Below, in pieces: positions 12,826 to 27,200 of a DNA stretch of 49,209 nt (positions are counted from its first letter, which is position 1; each line of letters begins with the position of its first letter). Under the pieces are notes generated by a model. The model had not been told where the DNA came from. It made no database searches and saw nothing but the letters and a program-made list of their open reading frames with translations. The stretch is from Paramecium tetraurelia (lineage: Eukaryota). The translations under genes were made by a program, and so were the position numbers. The DNA lies in the NCBI GenBank assembly GCA_000165425.1, contig CT868574.1, positions 372,001-421,209 of the forward strand. The letters are read 5' to 3'.

Positions 12826-14069
12826 ATGGGATAATTGTCATGTGCTTAAATAGAGAAGCCAGATACCAATTTGTATAGGTTGACATTGGATTTCAATAAA
12901 CAAGAAAATAAGAATTCATTTGATAGATCCAATTCCTTTTCTTAAAAATATGAAATTGGTAAATACTTAAAAGTAGGAAAGAATCCTAAATTGGATGAAA
13001 TGTGGGCAGAAAAACTGAATTCATTTAAAGTTTATGATGAACCCACTAGAACCTCTTCAAATTATAGAAATTCGCTTTCAAAACCAGATAATATAAAATA
13101 GTTTTTCTAGGATTGTCCTTTAATAACATAGGATTATGAATATTATATGTTTAGATTTTTCATTCAAGAGAAATAGGGGTTTAAATACTATGGATTGATA
13201 GGTCTTCCATAAAAGTATAGATGGGGATATTGGAAAGTTATCACCTTACAAAAGGGTATAATGCATAAAAAGATGGATAAGCAAATAAGTGAAGCAACTT
13301 ATTGTATTAAGAAAGACATAAACAGAACTTTGATTAATGATGTATTCAAAGAGGAGGCTGTTATAGACAAATTAGATTATGTCCTTAACAATTTAGCTAA
13401 TTTATATCCTAAAGTAGGCTATTGCCAAGGTATGAATTACATAGCAGGTATCACATTAGGTACTATTTATTAGCATTATTTTTGATGGTTTCAGGAGTTT
13501 AAGAAAAAGAAACCGTGTGTGTGTTTGCTGAACTACTTGATTCCTCCTTTTACATGTTTAATCTGTTGTTTTAAGATGATTTACCTTTGCTTTTTATTAT
13601 GGAGGAAATCATTATGAAATTGATATAAGTGAGATTACCAAAAGTATATGATCATTTTATCCAATGCAATATCTCCCCTTCAATTTGGATAAGTAAGATT
13701 TTACTAAGTGGATTTGTATACTTGTTTGATCTATTGGATTGCGTATTATTTTGGGATTACATTTTTATTAAGGGATCTGTGTTAGGATACACAGACCTAA
13801 TAATTTCAATGGTGACTATCCATCAAGATGCCTTGCTGACTAAAGATGAAGCTGATCTTTCTTCATTTTTTAATTTTCAAGAGTAAAAAGTTAGATGTGC
13901 AGAGGACATCATTAAATAAGCCTTGCTTAAACCAATAGAAGAAAAAGAGATTAGAAAAATAATGAGAAAAACAGATAAAAAATTAGATTTGGTGGAGCTA
14001 TTTAAATTCTTTGGAAAAGAAGGATTTGAGAAACTGTATTAGAAATTCTCGAATGGGATTACGAAATGA
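12826..14069 (+). CDS. TBC-domain Rab GTPase-activating protein
   Basis: GLPQKYRWGYW, Arg finger IKKDINRT and Gln finger YCQGMNYIA. A 26-nt intron restores the frame. Starts MGQLSC. Confidence 0.9.
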
Positions 14070-14134
14070 TCTGTGTTTTATATAGAAAAATTTTGATAAT
14101 TGACTTAAATTAGAATATAATAATAATTAAATTT

Positions 14135-15344
14135 ATGTATTATAAATAAAATAAAGAATGTAGATTATGTTAAGGTTCTTTATCATAAATCTAAATTGAT
14201 AATTTAAAGAAGAAGTATGCAATTCACAAATACAATAGGTATTATAATGCCTTTCATTTTTATTTTGCCAAACCAATATCGGAAATATTAGGCAATTTGC
14301 AAATTGATCATGTTATCCTATTTAAGGATTTGTTATATTTCAATGATGATAACGAATATTTAACAAAGTGTTACGATTAATTGGAGTAGAAATAAATAAT
14401 GCGCAAACTTTAATTCAAGGTACTATAGCGTATAATCAATCAATTGTGTCTCAGATTCCAATACCCAATTTGTTAATCGTGACAGCTCATCAAATTCTTT
14501 AGAAGCGAAACAATAAACTGCAAAAATTACAAAAATAACCTGTAAACATCGTGGCAGCCACCAATAAATATCGAATATTATTCAATACTACATAAAATAT
14601 TGAGTATTTCTGTTATTTTTAATAGATTATCATCTGAAATAGAAGAATATGAAAACAAAATAATAAGCTGGGAAACTTCAGAACATAATATTTATTCTAA
14701 TTTTAATGTATCTTCTCAAAAAATGAAGCCAGTTACAACTTAATAAATGAACCATCTTAATACATCCAATTCTATCCATTAGCTATATTATTAATAAAAC
14801 GATAAGGATATTGTAATGGTAATAAGAGATATAAATAAATTCACAAATCAATAATTGATGAAATTATCACCAAAGAAAACTGTAATTAATAATAAAATTA
14901 ATGGGAATCAATCCAAAAATAAAAATGTCATCATACCAAAATTAGTCATTCCCTAAATTCCTGAGAATAAAATGAATTTTCAACAACTACTAAATTAGTA
15001 TGACTAAATAATGTCATAGAGGAATTGCTAAACCGAAAGATAATCGAAGGGAAAGACAAAAGAAAAAAGTAAAGGGCAATTAGAGATTTATTAAGTATAG
15101 TATTTGAATTACCTTCGATTAGAGCAAGAATAAGTATTAATAATCTATTTATTCTGTACCGAGTTCTTCTAATTTTCAAGGCAAGGGAATCAGCACTTGT
15201 TCTGCTTCAATTTTATTGAAATCATTGTCAAAAAAATCAATGGACAAGTCTCCAATCGCATCAAGAAGATTAGAAATAAAGTAGAACCTTACTAAATTGA
15301 TAAAATAACAGGAAAGAGATTTGGGGTTTTACACTTAAAGATGA
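14135..15344 (+). CDS. Hypothetical ciliate-family protein
   Basis: Long code-6 reading frame (KYNRYYNAFHFYFAKPISEIL...HVILFKDLLYFNDDNEYL), tiny introns and a low-complexity Q/N/S tail. TGA at 15342-15344. Confidence 0.65.
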
Positions 15345-15401
15345 CATTAATTTAATTTATCTTAGTTTCTTTATTTAAATTGTTGTGATGATATTATAAT
15401 A

Positions 15402-16387
15402 TCATTTAACTGGTAAAAACCATAATAGGATGTTTGAACCCATTATGGACTTGAAATTTTACCATACTCCTTCGTTATATTTTAATCTCTACAATAATAA
15501 ATATGTAGTACGTCTGGTTTATCCTCCAACTATTCCAAAGTAGTCTTGTTTTGGGATATCAAATACAAGTGGAATATGAAAAAGCCTGTAATAAGGACTG
15601 CAATCAAAAGTATGAAATAATAGTGGAGCACAATTAGGAACAGTATAAGATCTGGCATATCAGTTTCAATCACATTAAGGAACACCCTGTATTAAGAAAT
15701 TGACACCCAAACCAATAGACAGCCTCTACTGTTAAAATGATGGAAAATTACTAGCATAAAAGATCATGCAAATGAATATCTTATAATTGTCTTTGGCTAC
15801 ACAATTATTGATCCATTGGCAATGATGGTCCATTCTTTACCAACAACATCTGCATTAAGAACAATGATGAGTTCTAAGAGGTTTTGGAATGCAACATTTT
15901 TTACAGAATCTCTTTTCTTATCCCTTTTGAGTAATATCCTTTTTGATGTTATAATCATCATCTAAATTTTCATCTGCATCCATATTTACAACACTTCTAT
16001 CTTCATCATTTTCTGTTTTAAAAGTCTTGACTGATCTTTGACTTCTCCTTTGTCTTTATTCAGTCATCCTCTCTTTCTCCTATTATTAGTATTCATCCCA
16101 TTATCTCCAAGTTTCTTCAATAAGATCCTCAATATTTAGACATAAAATTACTTAGCATATTGCCCCAGGTTCTAAAAGCATAGCACGAAGCATTGATATA
16201 AGGAACATAAATATCATCAAGTGTTATATTACTATTCCAAAAGTGAATCCTTCAAAATTTGGCTGAATGTTGTACTAGTATAATTCAAGATAGCAATTAC
16301 CACAAAGTATATACTATATATGAATATTAAGATCCCTAGTAGAATTATGACAGGTATCCATGACATTAATCTATTCCAAAATATCAT
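15402..16387 (-). CDS. DHHC palmitoyl acyltransferase
   Basis: CVKNVAFQNLLELIIV region leading into HHCSQCRCCWQRMDHHCQWINNCVAKDNYKIF, flanking TM helices, and C-terminal TTLE and WFLPVK*. Confidence 0.9.
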
Positions 16388-16798
16388 CAATATTCGTTTT
16401 TCAAAATAATATATAAAAATATATCAATCATCAATTAATAAAATGCTACTGTGATTAATTTTAAATAATCCCCCTCATATTGTATTGATTCTCAATAAAA
16501 CTTAGAATTCTCGATAATATAAGATTCTAGTTTCTTTACTATGCAAATTTTGATATGATTTCAATAATAACTTCAATATCTTATGAATGAGCAAACAGGA
16601 CATAACTTCTACGAATAAAATTTAACTCCTTATTGTTGTTAATTTTGAATTTAAAATAGTAAGGTTACATGTGAGTATTATATACTAAGAGTTAACGCAA
16701 TTCGAGAATGAATTTGAGATAGTGAATTAATTTGTAATGTATATTTATAGGAATACATAAAATTCAAATACATTAAATAATTATTTATGTATTATAAA

Positions 16799-17317
16799 TC
16801 ATGCTGTTGCTTTTTTAATGAAGGTACGTTATGCAGCTCTCCTTATTTTTCCTGCGTATCTTCCAGCAACAGTATCTGCATCTTTTACATCAGCTTTATC
16901 AAATTGATCGACTTTTGCTTCTTTTCTATCAACAACATCTAACAAATTGATTTCGCAGGTGTTATCTCTATAATTAATGAATAATTATCTTACGGGTTGA
17001 CAAATACATACCCTCCCAAATGCAAGAAATCTCCAGTTACTCCTTTGACATCTTAAGTGAATTTAATTTTCAATGGTCCAGGTGGTAAAATATATACTGC
17101 AGCTGGAGTACGATTTTATATGATAAGAGCAGCCTAAATTTGATAGAGAGAGTACTTCATTGGTCTTAGCTACAATTCTAGAGAAGCCGTCAAACTTGTC
17201 GATGATAGTTTTGTATGGAGTTCTGACTGTCAATTCCATTTTAGCCTTTTTGGCTGTACTAAAGAAGAAGGAGTTTTTTATTGCCAATCCGATCACGCCA
17301 TTGGTAAGACGATTCAT
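16799..17317 (-). CDS. Mitochondrial F1-ATP synthase subunit delta
   Basis: Presequence then MELTVRTPYKT...ILPPGPLKI...LHLGGYVFVNPDNTCEINLLD, the delta/epsilon beta-sandwich pattern. Two tiny introns. Confidence 0.85.
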
Positions 17318-17360
17318 AATTAATTTAATTGGATTTATATATATATTAGGTAATATTAAA

Positions 17361-18551
17361 ATGCATTAGGAAAATATAAGGAATGAATTAAGGGCTCTTT
17401 TGTTTGGCAAATAGGGATTGAGAATAAGAAGATCAGTGGATATCGAAAATGTAATTGTCCAATAGGAAGAGGTACAATCAGCTGTAAGATTTAAAGATGC
17501 ATATGTGTTATAGGAAAAGATAGGTAGTACTTTTAAAATTTAGGATAGGTGAAGGGGCACATTCGGTTGTTAGAAAATGTTACAAAATTCCTAAATAGAA
17601 GAGTAAAAAGTCATTAATGTCTAAATCCATTTAAGTTTATGCTGTGAAATGCTTCAGAACTGATGATCCAGAGATTGTCAACACAATCATACAGACATTC
17701 AATTTGTAGAGACAATTATTAGACATCCCTTAAGTGTGCAGGACTTACGATTTATTCATCGACCAATAAACAAAGCATCATTATCAAGTGATAGAATATT
17801 GTGATAGCCCTAATTTGGAATAAGTGTATCGCAACCTCACTCTCAGATAGAAACAAGACACAATTAAACAGTTAGTTTAGGTTATTGCCTAAATTCATGC
17901 CAGAGGAATCTCACACAGAGATTTAAAACCTGAAAACATTCTGATTTAAACTGAACCAAACATTTAAATAAAATTAATTGATTTTGGAGTCTCCAAACGA
18001 TTCAAATAAAGAGACAACTTTACTGAAATGTGGACTGCAACTGGAACTATCTTATATTAGGCTCCAGAAGTCTTTCTAGGAGGAGGCTATGATGAAAAAG
18101 GTATCCTTACATTTGTATCTGCAGTCGACATTTGGTCCATAGGAATCATACTCTATCAATTGTTATGTTCAACTCTCCCCTTTTATGCTGAGACCATCAG
18201 TGAAACTATAGAATAGATTACTTCGCTGGACCCTTAATTTCAATATTCCCAAGAATTTTTGAACTTGAATCCAATTCAAAGAGACCTTATTAAGAGACTG
18301 CTCAAACTTCATCCTCATTAGAGATTATCTGCCCATGGTATTAATTCTATTTATTAGAAATACCCTTACATCCATGGTTTGATTAAGAAAATCATGTAGA
18401 TGCAAGTTCTGATGACATGATTCTAACATAAGATACTATTTTAGAAGAGAGAACAATGTCTAATTAAATCGGTACAGAAATCACAGAATAATAATTCTAA
18501 AATTTAATGGACAGTCTTGAGTGGGGTAGAAGAATTCATTTTAACTAATGA
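17361..18551 (+). CDS. CAMK-group Ser/Thr protein kinase
   Basis: IGEGAHSVV, YAVK, HRDLKPENIL, IDFGVS, TGTILYQAPE and VDIWSIG. Three tiny introns. Confidence 0.9.
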
Positions 18552-18601
18552 ATTTTGTTTATAATGTGTTTTTATTATTTATTATTTATAAATAAAACCA
18601 T

Positions 18602-19494
18602 ATGGGTAATTAAGAAGGAATTTGTTGTCTATAAAGAGATAAAGAATATCAAGTACTAAACAATGAATTAGTTATATTTCGAGAATATTAGAATATCAAA
18701 ATAACTGTAAAATTAGGAGATATATAAAATGAATCTGCAGAGAGCGTAAGTAATTAAATTATCTTATTTGAGTCTGTTTATATACCAATCCTGAGAAAAT
18801 ACCTTTGCAACCCTCCTATACACAATAAGTTTATGACAATTTATGTAAAAGTACTATACTTACAGTACCTTAATAGTTGGTTACGAAAATGTGTACTCTT
18901 AGAATCTAGATATGAGCAACTACAAATGCATTACTTATTATCGAGTGCGAGCATTTGAGGTATCAAATATTGGTATTTGATTAGTCAGAAAAAGATTTGT
19001 TTTAATATTATAATGGATTTAAAGAGTGGTATTATAAAATTAGTATTAATAGTTTGACATAATTAAATGATGATCAGTACAAAGAAATCTTAATTTGTGA
19101 TTGCCCTATTAAGCAAAGCAGATCAATCAGTTCTGAAATACTGGTCAGATCAGTTATTGAGTAAGATATTATGAGATGATGATAGTTTCATTGAGGAATC
19201 CAATAATCGACTACACATCAAGAGCATAACCCTTATGAATTGTGACAAAAAGTGTGTAATATGCCTTAAATTAATAAAGAGTCTCGTTTCCTCAAATATG
19301 AACTAATCAAACAAATTGAAGAGTCGAAGTAGCCAGCCCTGAGGAAAGACAGACAAAATAAATTTATGAAGTTCATAACATCAACTAAGAGTGAAATTTC
19401 AGAAATGGGAAGATAAAACAAATGCGATTTTAGTTTGAAAGATTTTGATTTAGGAGATGAATCTAAATTAATGAATATGAAGGAGGAAGAATGA
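18602..19494 (+). CDS. Divergent macrodomain-like protein with acylation-type N-terminus
   Basis: Starts MGNQEGICC. IKITVKLGDIQNESAES resembles the macrodomain GDIT motif, and SVIDFIEES...IKSITLMNCD resembles the macro C-terminal helix-strand. About five tiny introns. Confidence 0.55.
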
Positions 19495-20099
19495 AAGATG
19501 AATAATTTAATAAATAATATCATAATTGTAATTACAATAAAAGAAAATTCAATTCAATAAATAGATATATTATTTACATACTAATCATTTCCACTCTCCC
19601 TAAAAATTAAATCTAATCATTCAAATTTCATATATTTTAGATATTATCGTAATTACCAATATAAAATTGAAATCAATCCAAATGAATATATCATTATAAA
19701 GATATATTATTTTATATAAAGAAATCTTTGATTCTCTGAATTCAAATAGTAATGATGTAATATAAATTTGAAAATATCAACAAATAATACAAATGATCAC
19801 AGATTTTAATCTCATCAAAATTATATAGGAGAATCTGAAGAAAAGGATACAGATGAAGATTTTGTAAATGTTTACTATTAAATTGATCAGGATTATAAAG
19901 GTAATTCCTTTTAGCCTATTTCACTATTCATGATTTAAGAGAATAATCTTCAGAATGCAATGAAATTTGAATTATGAACCATTTAGAGTATTCTATCAGT
20001 TGTAATCCTTAGGAAAAGGGAACCATTCAAGATAAGCAATCAATGAGATATATGAAATCATTAGAAATGAGAAGATGATTATTTACATTATATATTAAA

Positions 20100-20539
20100 A
20101 TGTAAAAAACTCATTATAGTTCATTTAGCATTACTTCTAATTCAATTGATAATTCATAAAACAATGCTTCCTTAAAAGGTAAGATCTCAGCGTTAGAATC
20201 CCTGATGTATGAAGTAGCTGACTCTGTGGAAATTCATAGAAAGGAATATCAATCCTTAAAATAACTTAAAGATGAATTTGAAGCCATTCTTTCCAACAAA
20301 ACTGAAGATATGCTCAAAACACTTTAGAATGAATTAATGTAATATCATTTATATCTATAAGTCATTTAGATGATGAAATGAAAAGGGAAGTTGGATATCA
20401 ATTGGCAGAAAATTCAAGAATTCAAACTTAGCTAACACATTTAAAAGGTGAAAAAACTGCTCTGGCCATTAAATTAAATGAGCTTCATCTGAGAATCGGC
20501 AATCTAGAAGTACAAGTAGGAAATCATGAATAAAATTGA
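20100..20539 (+). CDS. Small conserved coiled-coil protein
   Basis: SLKGKISALESLM...ENSRIQTQLTHLKGEKTAL...LEVQVG heptad pattern. One 23-nt intron. Confidence 0.75.
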
Positions 20540-20561
20540 TTATTATTATTAATTTTAAATT

Positions 20562-20889
20562 ATGGGATGTCTTATTCAACCCGAACCTAAGGATCCTACC
20601 GATTATGAGTAATTCAATCGCTAAAATAGTAATCATTCTTTGATATTAATAGAATAATAAAAAAGAGTTATTGGAGGTGAATAAAATCGTGAACTCAGTC
20701 AAAATGTTTATCAATTCTTTCTTAAATTAGGATTTAATTGCATAGGCAGCAGAACGTAGATTATAAAACTACGAAAAAAGAGGTTTGACACCATAATCAT
20801 AAGTTGAATTCGAATAAAAAAGGTAAAAGTAGGAAGAAGCTGAATAATACAAGAAAGAAGGTAGATCATAAAACTGTAAATGGGATTGA
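20562..20889 (+). CDS. SVIP-like small VCP/p97-interacting protein
   Basis: Starts MGCL, has the VIM-like segment LIAQAAERRLQNYEKRG and ends KWD*. Two introns of 24 and 25 nt. Confidence 0.7.
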
Positions 20890-21256
20890 TTTATTGCAAT
20901 TATTCTTTAGAATTTGTTTTTAACTGATTTAAATTTACTAATAAATAAAGTGAACTCCCATTCTCATATTATATTATAGTTGATCAAATAGATGATTATT
21001 TGAGTAATAATAATTTAAATTTATTAGATATTGATATAAATATAATAAATTAGTATGATGTTTATTTCTATCATAATGATATGCAATAAATTTTTTACTT
21101 TGAACTTATAATAAAAATTAAATATTGCTAGATCAGATTACATTGATATTTTCTAAAATTTTATAATGTATTTAATAGTTTTTTTCATTATTTATATATT
21201 AAGAATTTTATAGCTTTAAATATTAATTAAATTTAATTATTATAGAATTTTGGTCG

Positions 21257-24200
21257 ATGATTTAAGAAGAAAATATGAATATAGGCAAAACAAACTCTAA
21301 AAATCAATTTTTTAGTTAAGACGATGATTAGAGGTCTTTGTTACATTACAAAAGTTTTGATTAGAAGAAGGTATTAAGTGAAATCAAAGAATATTATTAA
21401 ATTAATCAATCACTGAAGGGTATTCTTAAAGAATTATTGCATGTATCACATAAAATGCCACTTCCAGATGAATGTTTAGATCATATTCTTGAATTACTGC
21501 AGTCTGAAATGAATAATTAATTTGAATAACTGACATATTGTCAAATCTTAAGACTATCAATCAAGAAGGGAGCAAAAATTAACATCCAGAAGTTCGTTAC
21601 AATTTTCAAAGTGATAATAGACAATGATTCATTATTTGAGCTTGTTAGTATATTTTCCATAATGCTAGACCAAAAATAGTAAAAGGAGGAAGATTTAAAT
21701 TAGATATTTAATTAGATTTTAAATTTTAATAATCTTAATGTAGAAATAAAAAAATCACTAAACCATCTGAAATATACTCTTAATCCTAAATACAATTCAT
21801 CAAATTAATAATAGCACCTGTTTAAAAAGAGTGGCATCAATCAAGTAATCGCAACCGTTGAAAGTCATGTTGATCATGAAAGAGTGTAGGATTCCGAATA
21901 TGTCTAAGAGAACTTTCAAAGCATCATTCATGATCAACTTACAGAATCAGAGTTTTAGTATTAAGTTGCCGTTGAGAATATTGAAATAAAAGATGATATC
22001 AAATAACCTACTCTCTTTAAAAGTACTTATGAGACTGTAAAATAAATATATGAATATGCATGCAAACATAAATAGATTCAAAAATAAGATAAAGATGAAT
22101 ATTTACCTAACAAATTATTGGATCAAAAGTATTTTTCAAACGGGATTCTTGGGGAATTTATATGTGATCGAATGATAATCGAAACATTTCTAATTATATC
22201 TCAAAAGTAAGAATTAAATGAAAAAACTATTTAGAAGGTTTTTTAATTATGTAAAGGGATCGATGAGGTCAAAGGCTTGTTCTTAAAAAATTAATCTGAA
22301 AGTGTTTATGTTAATTCTCTCCACAGAAGTGAGATCTAAATTGGTAATCTGAATTAAATTGAGGAAGTGGCTAAAAATATTTTAAAACAGTTTTTTAATC
22401 AGAATGAATCTCATTCTAAACTTTCTACTAATCACAGTAGTATTTTTGGTGATAGTGAATTAACTTGCTTTGGCTAGAAAAGTTAATTAGTGATTGATGA
22501 AGTTATGAAAATTATGTATAAGTAATTCTAGAAAATCAGAGTATGTGCTCTCTAAATTATTTAAAATCTTATTAATTACTAAAAACTTCAATTGAGCCAT
22601 GAATAAATGTAGTTCATTGAAGGACTGTAAGAAAATGATGAGGATAATGATTGTTTTCGTGAAGAAGCATTAAAGATTTACATCCTAACTTTTGATTAAA
22701 ATAATTCTAAAAATGCGTTGAAGGTTTGCATTAATAAATTAGAAAGGAATCATTTTGAAGGAATTCAATATATACTAAATTAAAGTAAGAACGAAGAAAG
22801 AGCAAACTTCTTGTCAGGAGATAAAATTAAAATGATAATTAACAAGATTACAACGGATCAGTAATCAATATCAATTGATATTCGAAAAAAATTGACCTAA
22901 ATTGTCCAAAATTTCTTAAGTCATTTACAATTAAATATTGAAGAAGAAGATTTTGAAAAATTATTCAAACTGTTCTAAAATTCAACTAAAATAGAATTAG
23001 AAAAATAATTGCAATTTAATTTGCTTTAATCGATAATTTATTTTCTCAAAAAAAACCCTACTCATTAAGAAGTTAAATACAATGAGCTTATGACGGACTT
23101 AGAAAAGTTTGATGAGTAATTGCAAAACTTAATTATCTTAAGTCTAGGAACCATATTAAAAAGATGCTTGGAATAAAATCGAAATACTATTAAAATAAAG
23201 ATCTCCGATTTTCTTTCAAAAAAATTGTCACTTTCTTTTAAGATAAATCCTTAAGGAATCAAAGATGAGAGTGATTCAAATTATCCAAGGATATCTTTTA
23301 TTGTAGCTGAAATCATTTATTATTAAGTATCGTAATCAAAAATTTAGCTGTCAGAAAATACTATTAGTGATCTGATTAAAATAATAAATAATCAAGATAA
23401 AGATTTACAATTCTTATCAGTCAAGATTTTAGATGAACTTGAACAGGATATTTCAAAAGAGAATTGTGATAATCTAGTCCCTTAGTTATTTAAAATCCTT
23501 AAGGATGATTATTAGAGATAATAATAGTTGATTTATTCATCTCTGTATACAAAGGTCATTTTAACTATCCAAACTGAAACTAAAGAATCAATTGATTTAT
23601 AATATATTGAGCTTTTAGCATAAATTTGCAATTTGGATTAATTTGTTGAAAATACAGTATATTAAAAAATTTAAAGTAATATATTTGAAATTTTAAAAAA
23701 GCTACTAAATGGTAAAAAAAAAATACCTTTAGAATTTATGAAAATGTTTGAAAATATTTTGATTAATGAACTTTAAACCTAACAGGATGTTATTGAAATT
23801 CTAAAGGTGTTTACAGAATATGAAAAAATACCAAATAACCTAGTCGTAGCACTTGAAATTCATCTAAATAAATCAGAAATACCGATGGATTTCTTCTTGA
23901 TTTTAGAACAAGTTATTCGAAATGGACATAGGGTTGCTGATTCTACTTTGCAAAAATATATTGATAAGATATCCAACTCTGAAAAGGATTCTGATAAATG
24001 CTTTGATATTTTAGAAATAGCAGAAAAAAACCATACTTTATCTGAACATATTTTTACTTCTATTTAATTAGAAAGAGCAGGAAAAGCAATCAAAAAAAAA
24101 TAGGATGACTATCCTGATGCAATTGAATACATATATCAGAAAGTGTAGGAGGGATATAAGATATCAAAAAATATCTTTGAAATTATTGCTACTATTTTGG

Positions 24201-27200
24201 ATGAAGCTAATGATAAATTAATTAAAATTTTAGAATGTGCTTCAAGCAACGAATAAATAATTCCAAATGGTGTTGTCAAGAAACTTTAGGATATCCTGAA
24301 TAAATAGGATATTGATGAAAATGTTATACGAATATTTATGAATATGTTAAAAAATAAATAAGAGTTGTCTGGAGATCTTATACTTAAATTAGAAGAAATG
24401 TTAGATTGTCAAACTATTTCTGAATTGATCATATAATTTTTTGCTATTTCTAGTTAAAATTGTAAATTATTTTCTTTGCAAATAATTGAAAAATTGTGTA
24501 AACATATTTAAAATACAAATGATTTAAACTTAGAACTTAGTCTACTTTTAGCAATCAATACAAAAATTAATGCGAATAATTCATTTCATCAAGATATTAC
24601 ACTTATCAATAGAGTTAATGAAGTATTAATATCAAAACTCTAAGTATCAAAATAAACTTTGTTGCCCTTATGTTTACAAATTACTAATTATATTTAATTG
24701 CATGCCAATATATTAGACTCAAAAATATAGGAAACATTGACTACGTTATTGTATGAAAAAGAAATCTAGTATGAAATTAAAACCGAAATTAGTAAAATAT
24801 TAAAATTATGTAAACTTGATGCATAAACATCTTAATTTATCAAGTAATTTGATTTTACATAAAATTCTAATAACAATAATTCAAATGATACTAATGAATA
24901 GATTGAATTATTACCTGAGACCTTGAATTAAATAAACCTAATTTTTTAGGACGATAAAGATCAAGAGCAGCTATAAAAAGCAATTTCTCTGTTAAATCAG
25001 TGCAGAAACAAAGATTAAATACCGTTTGAATTGACCAAAAGCATTATGATATGTATATCATAAAAAGATTTTAAACCCGATTATTTTAAACTCCTCAATC
25101 AAATAGTTGAATCTAACAAATTAATCCCTAGTGCTATTCTCAAATTTCTGATTGATAATTATGCAGATGATTTAGAACGTGGCTCATTCTAGTCATAAGA
25201 AAATGAAGTTCTTACACGAAACTTGTAGATGATTAAATAGTTAGATGCGCAAAACCAGGCTTGGAATTCAGAGTACTCAATCAATTTACTTAAAAGTATA
25301 AATCAGTCTATGAAATCAGGGTTATTATTGTCAAAATAAAGAACTTAAATTATTTGTACTATATTCTAATCAACTTATATTAATATAGATTTGGTTTATA
25401 TTTATTCAAAGATTTTATCTAAATTGGTGTTGAATTAATTTAACATGAATGAAATAATAGTACTAGAAGTAGTAAAATTAATTAAGCGAAATGATATCAA
25501 ATTAACAACCAAAATGATACAAGCATATACAAAGATTATTGAAGAAAAAAAGTATAAGGAACTACAAAATTGCATAGACAGCCTATTAACGAGAAAACTT
25601 GATAATAAAAAAATGTTAGCCTTACATGAATGTGTTTCATATGCCTGTTAATTTGGAGACGATTTGAAGAAAACCTGGTTGCCCATACTAGAAGATAATC
25701 TTGTATAGTAACCTATAATTAGCAATTTGTCTTTTAAAGGTTTACGGGCTGCAATGGATAAAAATTTAAGTTCAGATTAGTTTAATGGATATTGCAATAT
25801 AATTTTAAAAGTATTGAAAAATGTTTAGGATGAAATTAAAGAAAACTATGATTTATTTGAAACTATTAATTACTTATTATAGTATGATTTGGCTAAAGTC
25901 TTTCAAAGTCCTGAGGATAATTGGCATAGAGAGTTACTTGAAGGTGGTTTTGAAATAAAAAATAAAGGGTGTAAAATTGAAAAAATAAAGGAGATTATTC
26001 AAGAAAATGGAATAAATTCAGAACATTATATACCTCTTCTAAAAATTATAACTTAGATTGAAGGATTGTAAGACATGTAATTTAACGATTTGATTATTTT
26101 TTTAAAAACAATTGGATTGTAAGATACAAATTAATTGTTGAAGCAAAATATTATTTATGATTATGAGAAATGTTAGATAAAACTAATATGGGCCAAAGTA
26201 GTTTAAGGATGGTTAAGAAAGATGATAGTTAACAAAATCAAAAATAAAATTAAATGTGGTCCATACATTGAAATTGTTTTTTTTTTTTTGATTGGCTTGA
26301 TATGCAACGACGAAAAGTAAGAATTGAATACATAATAATGTAATTTTCTTTTTTCATAAATAAGGGAGATCGATAACCTTAACAAATTTCAAAGTCTCTT
26401 AGAATTCATTATTCAAAACGGATGTATTATTAAACATTCAGAAAATTAATATACAATAAATGAGTTGCAATAATATTTTGAAATTGAAGTTATAATTCTT
26501 AGATTTCCAGACCATAAAACAGATAAATAGTTAAGAAACATTATTAAATAATTACTTATGAAGGGTTGGACTTTTTAGAAATAGACAAAAATACTTGATA
26601 ACCCTAAAGTAGCCAAACTAATTTCTCAGAGTGATAAACCTTTGGTGGAATTGTTCAAGACTCTTTATTATTACTAAGTTTCTCCAAATACAGACTTAAA
26701 TAATATCTTCGATTAGCCAGAGCCATATAAGATATGGAGTTAAGTATTGTAAAAGTTATTTTTGGGAAGTTTTGAAGGGAATGCTGGAGAAAAGGACATA
26801 TAGAAATTAGTGGATGAATTGGAAGAATTAAAATTCCCTAAGCATTTTTATATTGAAAAGATCAATTAAATTTAGACTTTGAGTGAAGAGAAAAAGAAAT
26901 ATACAGAGTAAGAAATATATTAATGGGTTGCAATAGTCAAGAATTAAGAGACTGAATAATTCAAAGATATTAATTTCATAGTTGAATTATTAGCTGTGAT
27001 CAACTATGCTATTTTCAAAATTAAAGAGGTGAATTTAACTTGTACTTAAATCGTGACTGCATTGATCATTTTATAGTAAGAAAAGGATGAAGGAATATTA
27101 TGTTAAGTGAAAACTGGTGATGGCAAATCAATAATAATAGGTATCATTGCCATATATTATGGATTGTAAGGAAAGAAAATAAATATTCACACCAGTTCTC

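Noticed and set aside
16490..16672. About 59-codon minus-strand ORF between the DHHC and ATP synthase genes
   Set aside because: Short, with no motif; such ORFs arise easily when TGA is the only stop.
19680..20050. Possible small gene upstream of the coiled-coil gene
   Set aside because: Open stretches switch frames and end in TGA without a consistent intron model.
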